A stretch of DNA of 36,945 nt from a virus (lineage: Duplodnaviria > Caudoviricetes): positions 1 through 36,945 of IMG/VR virus record IMGVR_UViG_3300001347_000019. One strand, 5' to 3'. Position numbers and translations under genes: made by a program. The notes beneath the pieces are model-generated. The model was given only the letters and a program-made list of their open reading frames with translations, was not told where the DNA came from and did no database searches. Below, piece by piece: positions 1 to 8,668 of this stretch (position 1 is its first letter; every line of letters starts with the position of its first letter).

Positions 1-780
1 ACAGGTAGAGTAGTAGTTGCAAAAGGAGGACATATGGTGGAAGCCGGTAATGTTGCACAGGTAGCAACGGTTTCTGATGTTTTTACTTCTGTTTCTTCAA
101 AATCAGTTACCCATAATTTTGGAACCAAGGATGTAATTGTAATGGTTTATGATAATTCAGACCAACAAGTCGTACCTTCATCAGTAACTACAACAGATAT
201 TGATACTGTTGATATTACTTTCTTTACAAATACAACAGGAAGAGTAGTAGTTGCAAAAGGAGGACACGTAGTAAGTGGTTCTATCCCTTCAGATAATATT
301 ACCGGATTTGATGAAAAAGTACTAGCAAAATTAAATACTCAAGGAGTAATAAGCGGATCAGCAGGAACTCTTAACTATACAGGAAGTCTTAACGTTTCGG
401 GTGACGTGACTTTTAGTAACTTAGGAACAGGCACGGTATCAGCAACAAATGGAGTACTGTCTACTACCTCTGATATGAACTTAAAGGTAGAAGATGGTTA
501 TATTGATAAGGCTTTAGATAAAGTAATGAATCTGAAACCTAGATATTACCATTGGAAAGAGGAAAGTGGTCTGCCAACTGATTTAAGACAGTTAGGATTC
601 TATGCTCAAGAAGTAAATGCGGCATTAGGTGAAGAAGCAGCAAATACACCAAAGTCTGAAAATGAAAAATGGGGTATTCACGACAGAGGTATAATTGCGA
701 TGTTAACTAAAGCAATCCAAGAGCAACAAGAACTATTAGATAATTTGAAATCAAGAATTAAAACTCTAGAAAATAATTGA
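1..780 (+). CDS. Tail fibre/spike protein, 5'-truncated by the window, with C-terminal peptidase S74 intramolecular chaperone domain
   Basis: The frame is open from base 1 (TGRVVVAKGGH precedes Met at 34) and the same peptide recurs at 235-267, so the gene starts upstream. The C-terminus has SDMNLK...LKPRYYHWK...GFYAQEV followed by a coiled coil (LTKAIQEQQELLDNLKSRIKTLE), typical of S74 chaperones. Confidence 0.8.
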   Translation, partial: TGRVVVAKGGHMVEAGNVAQVATVSDVFTSVSSKSVTHNFGTKDVIVMVYDNSDQQVVPSSVTTTDIDTVDITFFTNTTGRVVVAKGGHVVSGSIPSDNITGFDEKVLAKLNTQGVISGSAGTLNYTGSLNVSGDVTFSNLGTGTVSATNGVLSTTSDMNLKVEDGYIDKALDKVMNLKPRYYHWKEESGLPTDLRQLGFYAQEVNAALGEEAANTPKSENEKWGIHDRGIIAMLTKAIQEQQELLDNLKSRIKTLENN

Positions 781-842
781 AAAGTATTAACAAGTCAAAA
801 ATAAAGAATAAAAACGGTTATCACGATACCGCTAAAGAAGTA

Positions 843-850
843 TATTTATT
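843..850 (+). promoter_or_regulatory. Putative phage late promoter motif TATTTATT
   Basis: 21 nt before the ATG at 872. The same TATTTAT(A/T) octamer precedes the sheath, tube, gp26-like and tape measure genes. Confidence 0.5.
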
Positions 851-871
851 ATTAAAGAAAAACATTAAAAA

Positions 872-3800
872 ATGAGAATAGATAGCCCTATAATGTCGGA
901 TGCAATCGTAACTGGTTCCTTTTCTGGTTCCTTTAACGGTCAATTCACTGGAGATGTTCAAGCAGATACTTACAACTTACTAAACAAACCTAATATTCTT
1001 TCTGGATCTATAGGAGATATACCAGGGTATTCCACTTTCAGTGGATCTATTAGTACCAGAGTAAATACGTTAGAATCTTTTAGCTCATCATTAGACAGTA
1101 CTTTTGCAACGGATGCCCAACTATCTACTGTATCAGGAGCTTTAGCAGCTAACATATCATCTAACGATACAGATATAACAGCACTTCAAACAGATAGCGG
1201 TTCATTTAGTACTAGAGTAAATACGTTAGAATCTTTTAGCTCATCATTAGACAGTACTTTTGCAACGGATGCCCAACTATCAAACGTTTCTGGAGCTTTA
1301 GCAGCTAACATATCATCTAACGATACAGATATAACAGCACTTCAAACAGATAGCGGTTCATTTAGTACTAGGATAACTACGAATGAAGGAAACATTACTG
1401 ATTTAGAATCTTGGAGTTCATCTTTAGATTCAACTTATGCAACGGATGCCCAACTATCTTCTGTATCAGGAGCTTTAGCAAGTAGTGTAGCAACTAATGC
1501 TTCAAATATCTCTTCTAATGATAGTGATATTTCTGCTCTTCAAACAGATAGTGGTTCATTTAGTACTAGGATAACAAATCACACCAGTGATACCGCCAAC
1601 CCACATTCTGTAACTGCTACTCAAGTTAACTTAGGAAACGTAACAAACGAATCTAAAGCAACAATGTTTACTTCACCAACATTTACTGGAACAGTAGCTG
1701 GTGTAACTGCAACTCACGTTGGTTTAGGAAACGTAACAAACGAATCTAAAGCAACAATGTTTACTTCACCAACATTTACTGGGACAGTTATAGCACCAAC
1801 ACCTTCAAATGGTGATGATTCTACTAAAGTTGCTACTACTGCATTTGTAATGCAAGAAGTTTCTGATTTAATTGGAGGAGCAGGAGCAGCATTTGATACA
1901 TTATTAGAAATCTCTGCTTCAATCGCCAATGGTGATAGTGATGTAGTTGCATTGACAGCAACAGTTGGTGGAAAATTACAAAAAGATCAAAACTTATCAG
2001 ATTTAACAAATACTGGAACTGCTAGAACTAACTTAGGAGTTGCAATTGGAACTGATGTACAAGCATATAATTCTACATTAGCAGCAGTTGCCGGTAGTAC
2101 TTATACCGGTGATAATGCTATCACAACATTAGGAACAATAACCACAGGAGATGTATCAGCAATACTTCCAACAGGAACAGTATCTGGTTCAGTACAAGTA
2201 AGAGCGTTAGTAGAGGCTGCAACAGATTCAAATGTATTTACAGATGATGATCATACAAAATTAAATGCAATCGAAGCAAGTGCAGATGTAACTGATACAG
2301 ATAATGTAACAGCAGCTGGAGCTTTAATGGATAGTGAAGTAACAGACCTTGCAGGTGTTAAAGGTGTAACAATTTCAACTCTACAAGCTAAACCTTCTGA
2401 AGGAGCTTTTGTTGACGGTGATAAAACTAAACTAGATGCAATAGAAGCTAGTGCAGATGTAACTGATGCTACTAATGTAGAAGCAGCTGGAGCTTTAATG
2501 GATTCCGAAGTAACTGATTTAGCCGGTATAAAAGGTGTAACAATCTCTACATTACAAGTTAAACCATTAGAAGGTGCTTTTGCTGACGGTGATAAAACAA
2601 AACTAGATAACCTGTATTCTGCATCTACTGGGTCTGTCATCAGTGTAGCCGGTAAGACAGGTACAGTAACATTAGTTAAAGGAGACGTTGGATTAGGAAA
2701 TGTTACTAACGAATCTAAAGCAACAATGTTTGCTTCTCCTACATTCACAGGAACAATTGCAATACCTAATATAGCTAATCTTGAAACAGCTGTCGCAGCT
2801 AACACAGCTAAAAATACAAACGTAACAACCAACTTAAGTATAACCGGAACGACTGGAGCTAGAACAATTGAATCCTCTGATGGTACGAATGCAGAGATAC
2901 CAATCGCTACAACATCAGTATCGGGTGTAATGTCTACTACCCTATTTGATAAACTAGATGCAATAGAAGCTAGTGCAGACGTAACTGATGCTACTAATGT
3001 AGAAGCGGCTGGAGCTTTAATGGATAGTGAGTTAACTGACTTAGCAGGAGTAAAAGGAGTAACAATTTCAACTCTACAAGCTAAACCTTCTGAAGGAGCT
3101 TTTGTTGACGGTGATAAAACAAAACTAGATGGAATTGAAACAAGTGCAGACGTAACAGATGCAACTAACGTAACAGCAGCCGGTGCATTAATGGACAGTG
3201 AAGTAACAGACCTTGCAGGTGTCAAAGGTGTAACAATCTCTACATTACAAGTTAAACCATCTGAAGGAGCTTTTGTTGACGGTGATAAAACAAAACTAGA
3301 TACAATAGCTTCTTCAGCAAACAACTATGTTTTACCAACTGATTTAGCTGGCGATGATATAGATATAGATACAACTCCATTAACTGGAGCAACTGTAATA
3401 TCTGATTTAGATATTAACATAACAACAAATACAAGTGGACTTGTAACAGATGCTAATGGTACTGTTGTAACAAGAGAATTAACAAAGGGTGATATTGGGT
3501 TAGGTAACGTAGATAATGATTCTACTGCAACTATTCAAGCAGGAACAACTGCAGCAAATGTTGGATTGGGTAACGTAACAAATGAAAGTAAGGCAACAAT
3601 GTTCACCTCTCCTACATTTACAGGTACAACAGCGGCACCAACACCAGCCGATAACGATAACTCTACTAAGATAGCAACAACTGCTTTTGTAATTAGAGAA
3701 GTATCTGATCTACTCGGTGGTGCTCCCGCAGCGTATGATACATTATTAGAAATATCCGCAAGTATTGCAAACGGAGATTCTGATGTAGTTGCTTTAACAT

Positions 3801-4972
3801 CAACCGTAGGTGGGAAATTACAAAAAGACCAAAACCTATCAGACTTAACAAATGCTGGAACTGCTAGAACTAACTTAGGTTTAGCAATCGGAACGGATGT
3901 ACAGGCATATAACTCAACACTTGCTGCAGTAGCAGGTAGTACCTATAGTGGTGATGATGCTATTGTAACAGTCGGTACAATTGGAACAGGTGTATGGCAA
4001 GGAACAGCCATAAATCAAACATATCTTGTTGGACAAAGCGGGACTAATACTGGTGATCAAACAACTATAACTGGTAATGCAGGCTCTGCAACTATATTAG
4101 CAAATACTAGAACTATAGGTGGAGTTAGTTTTAATGGTTCAACTTCAATCGACCTACCTGGAGTTAATACAGCAGGTAATCAAGATACATCAGGTACAGC
4201 AGCAAAAGTAACTGTAACTGACTTAACTAATTCAGCTTATCATCCAATAGTATTACACAATGATTCAAATCAGCTATATGATGATACTGATCATTTTCAA
4301 TTTAAACAAACTAACTCCACTATTGCAGGCACTACTGACAATCAATATACATTAACTTTAGGTGAAACAGCAAATTTTGAACACTACCTTCATGGTGGCA
4401 ATATTGACTTCAAATCAGGGGCTGGAATAGGTAGTCACGATGCTGGTTTATGGTTTTATGGTAATGCTTACTATAAGTTAGTGGGTAGCAGTGGAGCTTA
4501 CGTTAAAAAAATATCAGGACCATCAGAGGTGTTCAAAATAAGAGATCAAAAACTAGACTTTTCTGTTCACACATCTGCTGGTAGTGCTGGAGACTCGATG
4601 ACCCTTACTGAAGTTTTTTCTGTAACCGCAGCAGGTAATTTATCAGTAACAGGTGATGTTGTAGCATACTCTTCATCAGATGAAAGACTAAAAGATAACA
4701 TGATTCCTTTAACTGGTGCTCTAGGTAAAGTTAACCAAATGGGAGGTTATGAATTTGATTGGAATGACAAACAAGATCTGTACGCTGTAGGTAAACACTC
4801 AATAGGAGTTAAAGCACAAGAAATCCAATCTCAATATCCAGACTTAGTAACAGAAAGAGAAGATGGTTACTTAGCAGTAGATTATGTTAAATTAACAGCT
4901 GTACTAATTGAAGCAGTAAAAGAACTATCTGCAAAAGTAGATAGCATTAAAACATGTACTTGTAATAATTAA
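872..4972 (+). CDS. Long repeat-rich tail fibre protein with C-terminal peptidase S74 chaperone
   Basis: 1366 aa, S/T/A/G-rich. Tail-fibre motifs APTP...STKVATTAFV...DTLLEI, KDQNLSDL..ARTNLG and GLGNVTN. C-terminal SSDERLKDN...GVKAQEI...VDYVKL..LIEAVKELSAKV. Confidence 0.85.
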   Translation: MRIDSPIMSDAIVTGSFSGSFNGQFTGDVQADTYNLLNKPNILSGSIGDIPGYSTFSGSISTRVNTLESFSSSLDSTFATDAQLSTVSGALAANISSNDTDITALQTDSGSFSTRVNTLESFSSSLDSTFATDAQLSNVSGALAANISSNDTDITALQTDSGSFSTRITTNEGNITDLESWSSSLDSTYATDAQLSSVSGALASSVATNASNISSNDSDISALQTDSGSFSTRITNHTSDTANPHSVTATQVNLGNVTNESKATMFTSPTFTGTVAGVTATHVGLGNVTNESKATMFTSPTFTGTVIAPTPSNGDDSTKVATTAFVMQEVSDLIGGAGAAFDTLLEISASIANGDSDVVALTATVGGKLQKDQNLSDLTNTGTARTNLGVAIGTDVQAYNSTLAAVAGSTYTGDNAITTLGTITTGDVSAILPTGTVSGSVQVRALVEAATDSNVFTDDDHTKLNAIEASADVTDTDNVTAAGALMDSEVTDLAGVKGVTISTLQAKPSEGAFVDGDKTKLDAIEASADVTDATNVEAAGALMDSEVTDLAGIKGVTISTLQVKPLEGAFADGDKTKLDNLYSASTGSVISVAGKTGTVTLVKGDVGLGNVTNESKATMFASPTFTGTIAIPNIANLETAVAANTAKNTNVTTNLSITGTTGARTIESSDGTNAEIPIATTSVSGVMSTTLFDKLDAIEASADVTDATNVEAAGALMDSELTDLAGVKGVTISTLQAKPSEGAFVDGDKTKLDGIETSADVTDATNVTAAGALMDSEVTDLAGVKGVTISTLQVKPSEGAFVDGDKTKLDTIASSANNYVLPTDLAGDDIDIDTTPLTGATVISDLDINITTNTSGLVTDANGTVVTRELTKGDIGLGNVDNDSTATIQAGTTAANVGLGNVTNESKATMFTSPTFTGTTAAPTPADNDNSTKIATTAFVIREVSDLLGGAPAAYDTLLEISASIANGDSDVVALTSTVGGKLQKDQNLSDLTNAGTARTNLGLAIGTDVQAYNSTLAAVAGSTYSGDDAIVTVGTIGTGVWQGTAINQTYLVGQSGTNTGDQTTITGNAGSATILANTRTIGGVSFNGSTSIDLPGVNTAGNQDTSGTAAKVTVTDLTNSAYHPIVLHNDSNQLYDDTDHFQFKQTNSTIAGTTDNQYTLTLGETANFEHYLHGGNIDFKSGAGIGSHDAGLWFYGNAYYKLVGSSGAYVKKISGPSEVFKIRDQKLDFSVHTSAGSAGDSMTLTEVFSVTAAGNLSVTGDVVAYSSSDERLKDNMIPLTGALGKVNQMGGYEFDWNDKQDLYAVGKHSIGVKAQEIQSQYPDLVTEREDGYLAVDYVKLTAVLIEAVKELSAKVDSIKTCTCNN
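1052..1363 (+). repeat. Two near-identical tandem 156-bp (52-aa) coding repeats, with a degenerate third copy to ~1560
   Basis: STRVNTLESFSSSLDSTFATDAQLS.VSGALAANISSNDTDITALQTDSGSF occurs twice; gtaaatacgttagaatc starts at 1061 and 1217. Confidence 0.95.
1718..3982 (+). repeat. Dispersed 423-bp (141-aa) repeat, copies at 1718-2140 and 3560-3982
   Basis: VGLGNVTNESKATMFTSPTFTGT...AVAGSTY.GD.AI.T.GTI is present twice at the same length, with many synonymous differences. Confidence 0.9.
2258..3292 (+). repeat. Four 171-bp (57-aa) repeats in two tandem pairs (2258-2599 and 2951-3292)
   Basis: KLDAIEASADVTDATNVEAAGALMDSEVTDLAGVKGVTISTLQ.KPSEGAFVDGDKT units start at 2258, 2429, 2951 and 3122. Confidence 0.95.
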
Positions 4973-4983
4973 AAAATAAAAAA

Positions 4984-5532
4984 ATGGGTTTCGTATTAAA
5001 TGTTGATCTTGAGACAAGTGAAGGTCCTTCTCAAGAAGTTTATGTAAGAATAGAAAGCTTAACATACAATAAGACCACCAGTGAGATTCGTTTTCAAATC
5101 TCCTACTGGCAAAATAGGGATAAAGCAATTAGGTTTAACAGAACTTATTTACAAGAAGAAAAAAATAACGCTGTTGGATTAATACAAGAAGGAGTAATAT
5201 ACTTTAAAGATGAAAAAAGCGATGGAGTACAAATTACATTCAACCAGTATATGAAAGTTTACACAGTTGTAGAAGAAGAAGTAGAAATACCGATTTATGA
5301 AAATAAGCAAATTACGAAAGAAGTTCCGTACGTTAGTTTTGACGATAATGGAGATGAATTAATTCTTTACAGAACAGTTAACCTTGAAGAGCAAGTTCAA
5401 ACAGGTACCAGTAAAAAGGTAGAACAGGTAATAAGTGGGGGTGTATTAGATGATACCTTTGGCTTTTGTTATGGTAAAATATATGAGGAACTACTTAGGT
5501 ATTTCCCTAAGGACAAAATACAAATAGTATAG
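4984..5532 (+). CDS. Hypothetical protein, possibly fibre-associated
   Basis: 182-aa acidic ORF 11 nt after the fibre gene; no family recognised. Confidence 0.6.
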   Translation: MGFVLNVDLETSEGPSQEVYVRIESLTYNKTTSEIRFQISYWQNRDKAIRFNRTYLQEEKNNAVGLIQEGVIYFKDEKSDGVQITFNQYMKVYTVVEEEVEIPIYENKQITKEVPYVSFDDNGDELILYRTVNLEEQVQTGTSKKVEQVISGGVLDDTFGFCYGKIYEELLRYFPKDKIQIV

Positions 5533-5535
5533 AAA

Positions 5536-5994
5536 ATGGCAGTTTATTCATACGGGGCAAATAATATAAGCTTTGATACTTTCAGAACCTGGGCTAATGA
5601 TATTTCAGCACAAGCAAATACTTCGCTAAGTGATGCATTAGGTGATTTTCACCCAACTAATTCATCTCCATTCCAGGTTTCGGAATTTGCACCTAACACT
5701 TCTTTATTTTACGGAGGGTTCGCCGCAGGTACAGGAGGCACTGTTAGTTTAACCGCACCCTACGCCGTCGCAGCCGGAGCAAGCTTTTCGGTAAAGAATT
5801 TTCTAATAAGCACCTACACACTCACTGCAGTAGCAGCAACAGCTTACCCCTGGGCATTTCATTCCTGGAGAACTGCTGCTTCCGGAGGAGGAACACAAAT
5901 ATCAACTTCAGCATCTCTAACTTTAACTCACGAGGACTCAACCTCTGTTGGTACCTTTTACGCATACTTCACAACTACTCACGTAACACCGTAA
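5536..5994 (+). CDS. Small putative virion structural protein with an InlB B-repeat-like C-terminal domain
   Basis: A/S/T/G-rich. TLTAVAATAYPWAFHSWRT..SGG..IST...TFYAYF resembles the tLtA....y.F.gW...t.yA.F pattern of InlB-B/Flg_new repeats. Confidence 0.5.
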   Translation: MAVYSYGANNISFDTFRTWANDISAQANTSLSDALGDFHPTNSSPFQVSEFAPNTSLFYGGFAAGTGGTVSLTAPYAVAAGASFSVKNFLISTYTLTAVAATAYPWAFHSWRTAASGGGTQISTSASLTLTHEDSTSVGTFYAYFTTTHVTP

Positions 5995-6015
5995 GATTGA
6001 AATAAAAGAAAGGTT

Positions 6016-6870
6016 TTGAAAATAATTTGGGTCTTAGAAAATATACAGGAAAAAAAAAGCTTTTATAGTAAGTTAAATGTTATGTTACTACTTGCTTCCG
6101 TATCTCTATGGAAGAAACATAACCCTCAAGACAATCTTGTTCTCTATTGTGACAGGTTAACACATAAACTTCTTAAAGACCTAGAAGTCACTTCCTTGTG
6201 GAATGACATCCTAGAATACAATCACACAAGACCTATAAACCGCTCGGTATTTTGGGCAGCCAGTAAAGTTCAAGTTCTTTCTGAGCAAACCGAACCTGTT
6301 ATCATAATGGATAATGATACTCTAGTTTTCCAACCAATCAAACACTTACTAAACCCAGATACAGTATATGTAAGTAATTTTGAAATAGGTAAAGGGTATT
6401 ACCCTAATACCATTGATCTCTATGTGCAAAAACTTTCATACAGGAGTAGGTGGAAAACTGAATCTGTTAATGTTTCTTTTCTATATTTACCCGACCCGGT
6501 ATTTACACAAATGTATGCCAAGTTAAGTTTAAATATGATGGAAGAATTTACTGTAATGAATGTACCCCATTCTCAATACCTAATTTTTGCAGAACAGTTA
6601 CTTTTAAAACATCTTGTAGATAGAGAAAAAATTAAATGTAGAAGTATAATCTCCACCTATTGGGATTGCAATTCCTGGAAGTGGGGTGAAGACAATGAGC
6701 TAGGTTTTTGGCCAATTGATAAATCCGGTTCCTATTTTAATCACTACGGACCTTTAAAGTCTTGGATTATAAAAGATGAAGGAGATAATAGTTATGAAAA
6801 AGAAATGAAAATGTTGTTTAATTGTGTAAATATACCTACCTTAGATTTATCAATCATTCATAAAAAATAA
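6016..6870 (+). CDS. GT-A-like protein (DUF6734-like), putative glycosyltransferase; TTG start
   Basis: LLASVSLWKK..LYCD, FWAASK, DxD motif in IIMDNDTL, then AEQLLL and YFNHYG. Confidence 0.55.
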   Translation: MKIIWVLENIQEKKSFYSKLNVMLLLASVSLWKKHNPQDNLVLYCDRLTHKLLKDLEVTSLWNDILEYNHTRPINRSVFWAASKVQVLSEQTEPVIIMDNDTLVFQPIKHLLNPDTVYVSNFEIGKGYYPNTIDLYVQKLSYRSRWKTESVNVSFLYLPDPVFTQMYAKLSLNMMEEFTVMNVPHSQYLIFAEQLLLKHLVDREKIKCRSIISTYWDCNSWKWGEDNELGFWPIDKSGSYFNHYGPLKSWIIKDEGDNSYEKEMKMLFNCVNIPTLDLSIIHKK

Positions 6871-7631
6871 TGCCGTTATTAGATAAAGAATTCACAAAGT
6901 CACGTCTAACCAATAACCAGCTAAATAAGAAAAAAGCAGATGGGACAGATTATGTAGATTTACAGTCTACACCCTATCGATGGACTCACGGTGCAACTGA
7001 TTTTCATTTAGGAGACGGTCTTTTGGTCTACACAATAATACAGGTTATGAGATTTAAGACATGTGTATGCCTGGGATCCGGAGGCGGTTTCATTCCCCGT
7101 ATAATGACTCAGGCAAGATTAGATCTACATGATCAAGAAATATTTGAAGGCAGTGCGGACTATAATTGGGGTGATATAGGTGTTACATACCTTGTCGACG
7201 CCGCTAACGGCATCGGCGGTAATATAGACTACCTAGATGAAGACTCTTTCTTTAGGTACCTTTTTGCACCGAGGTTTATAAAAGATACAACAGAGAATGC
7301 ATATTATAATTTTTTTGTTAAACAGGGTATCAAAATTGATCTACTTCATATAGATGCAGGTCATTCTTATGAGGATGTAAAAAAAGATTTTGAGCTCTAC
7401 TCTAAACTCATTAATCCAAACGGTATAATTACAATTCACGATACAGATGAAAATTTTCAAAAAGAACTAATTGTATCTGAAGATGAAAAAAAGTATTTTA
7501 ACTCATTTGATGGACCATCTAAATTTATAAAGGAGATCGGACCAAAATGGAAGCAATTTAATTTTTTCAATGTAGGTAACCATCCTTCGAAACCTTCATC
7601 AACCGGTTTGACACTTATACAGCGTGCCTAA
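6870..7631 (+). CDS. Class I SAM-dependent methyltransferase (Methyltransf_24-like), possible sugar O-methyltransferase
   Basis: CLGSGGG motif I, IDLLHIDAGHSYEDVKKDF, GIITIHDT. Confidence 0.8.
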   Translation: MPLLDKEFTKSRLTNNQLNKKKADGTDYVDLQSTPYRWTHGATDFHLGDGLLVYTIIQVMRFKTCVCLGSGGGFIPRIMTQARLDLHDQEIFEGSADYNWGDIGVTYLVDAANGIGGNIDYLDEDSFFRYLFAPRFIKDTTENAYYNFFVKQGIKIDLLHIDAGHSYEDVKKDFELYSKLINPNGIITIHDTDENFQKELIVSEDEKKYFNSFDGPSKFIKEIGPKWKQFNFFNVGNHPSKPSSTGLTLIQRA

Positions 7632-8463
7632 TTTAGTTACAGTAGTAGGTAGTAATACTCATATACTCCCTCATATGTTAAAGCATTATGAAAAGGTAGT
7701 TGATAAAATCTATGTAATAGTCTACAGACAATCCGAAGATGATACTATATTAGAAGAGATAGAAGAGTTAGGAATTAAACCTCACAAAATAGTCACAGAG
7801 CCTAAATTTCATTGGGAAAGAGTAACCGATATATACAATACAGTAAAATTAACAAAACCAAACGATTGGTGGATAGTATCTGACGATGATGAACTACAAA
7901 TATACCCTGACTCTATTGAAAGTATAATAAAGACGTGTGATAGAGGCGGTTATTCCTTTGTCTCTGGAGGTTTTTTAGATCGAATAGGCAAAGATGGTAC
8001 ATTCCCGAAAGTAACAAGAGAGACGAAATTAAACGAGGCTTTTCCTTTAGCTGGTTTTTTTAGGTACCCGATGTCCGGAGCATGCCCAAATAAGGTTACA
8101 TTAATGAAAGGTTATCAAAAAATATGTTCCGGTCAACACTACGCTATATTTGAAGACGGAACCAACAGTTGGGGATCATCACATCCAAAAAGACTTCCTA
8201 TCCAAGAATGCTTCACCCAAGTACACCATTTTAAATGGGACTCAACAGTCCTTGAAAGACTCAAAGAAGTTGCGGATATTAAAAAAGAATATGCTTACTC
8301 AGAAGAATACGAAAAAATGTATAACGCTATAAAAAACTCAGATTGGAAAATAAATACAAATAATTCTGACTATTTAGTTGAAAATTTGAATAAAAGTTCA
8401 TATATTACATACGAAAGTTATTCCAAATGGGAAACACTAAAACATGGTATAATTAAAATCTAA
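7624..8463 (+). CDS. Glycosyltransferase family 2-like protein; GTG start
   Basis: LPHMLKHY..VDKIY, WWIVSDDDE (DxDE), SGQH, VHHFKW. Confidence 0.7.
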   Translation: MPNLVTVVGSNTHILPHMLKHYEKVVDKIYVIVYRQSEDDTILEEIEELGIKPHKIVTEPKFHWERVTDIYNTVKLTKPNDWWIVSDDDELQIYPDSIESIIKTCDRGGYSFVSGGFLDRIGKDGTFPKVTRETKLNEAFPLAGFFRYPMSGACPNKVTLMKGYQKICSGQHYAIFEDGTNSWGSSHPKRLPIQECFTQVHHFKWDSTVLERLKEVADIKKEYAYSEEYEKMYNAIKNSDWKINTNNSDYLVENLNKSSYITYESYSKWETLKHGIIKI

Positions 8464-8470
8464 ATAAATA

Positions 8471-8665
8471 ATGGCAGCATCTACTCAAAAAGACAAGGAA
8501 TTTTTAATGTTAGAAGAACGTAAAGTCAAAGCGTTAGAAAAAATTGCAGTTTCAGTAAACGCATTAACTATCTGGTTCGAAGAAATGGATACACCAGGAT
8601 GGGATGCTCGTTTACAGTTTTATCTTGCTAAATTTCTGGATATGTCCGAAGAAAATAAAGAGTAA
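8471..8665 (+). CDS. Small hypothetical protein
   Basis: 64-aa ORF that fills the space between neighbours (7- and 3-nt gaps). Confidence 0.6.
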   Translation: MAASTQKDKEFLMLEERKVKALEKIAVSVNALTIWFEEMDTPGWDARLQFYLAKFLDMSEENKE

Positions 8666-8668
8666 TTT

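Noticed and set aside
815-831. Small inverted repeat CGGTTATCACGATACCG between the fibre genes
   Set aside because: Short bulged stem with no U-tract; too weak to call a terminator.
1052-3292. Direct repeats considered as a CRISPR array or DGR template/variable repeats
   Set aside because: Units are in-frame multiples of 3 with no unique spacers. Differences are mostly synonymous rather than adenine-specific, and no reverse transcriptase or cas gene is present.
2251-3324. 357-aa minus-strand ORF, plus those at 970-1155 and 1714-1929
   Set aside because: Antisense shadows of the repetitive fibre gene; they mirror its repeats and have no independent motifs.
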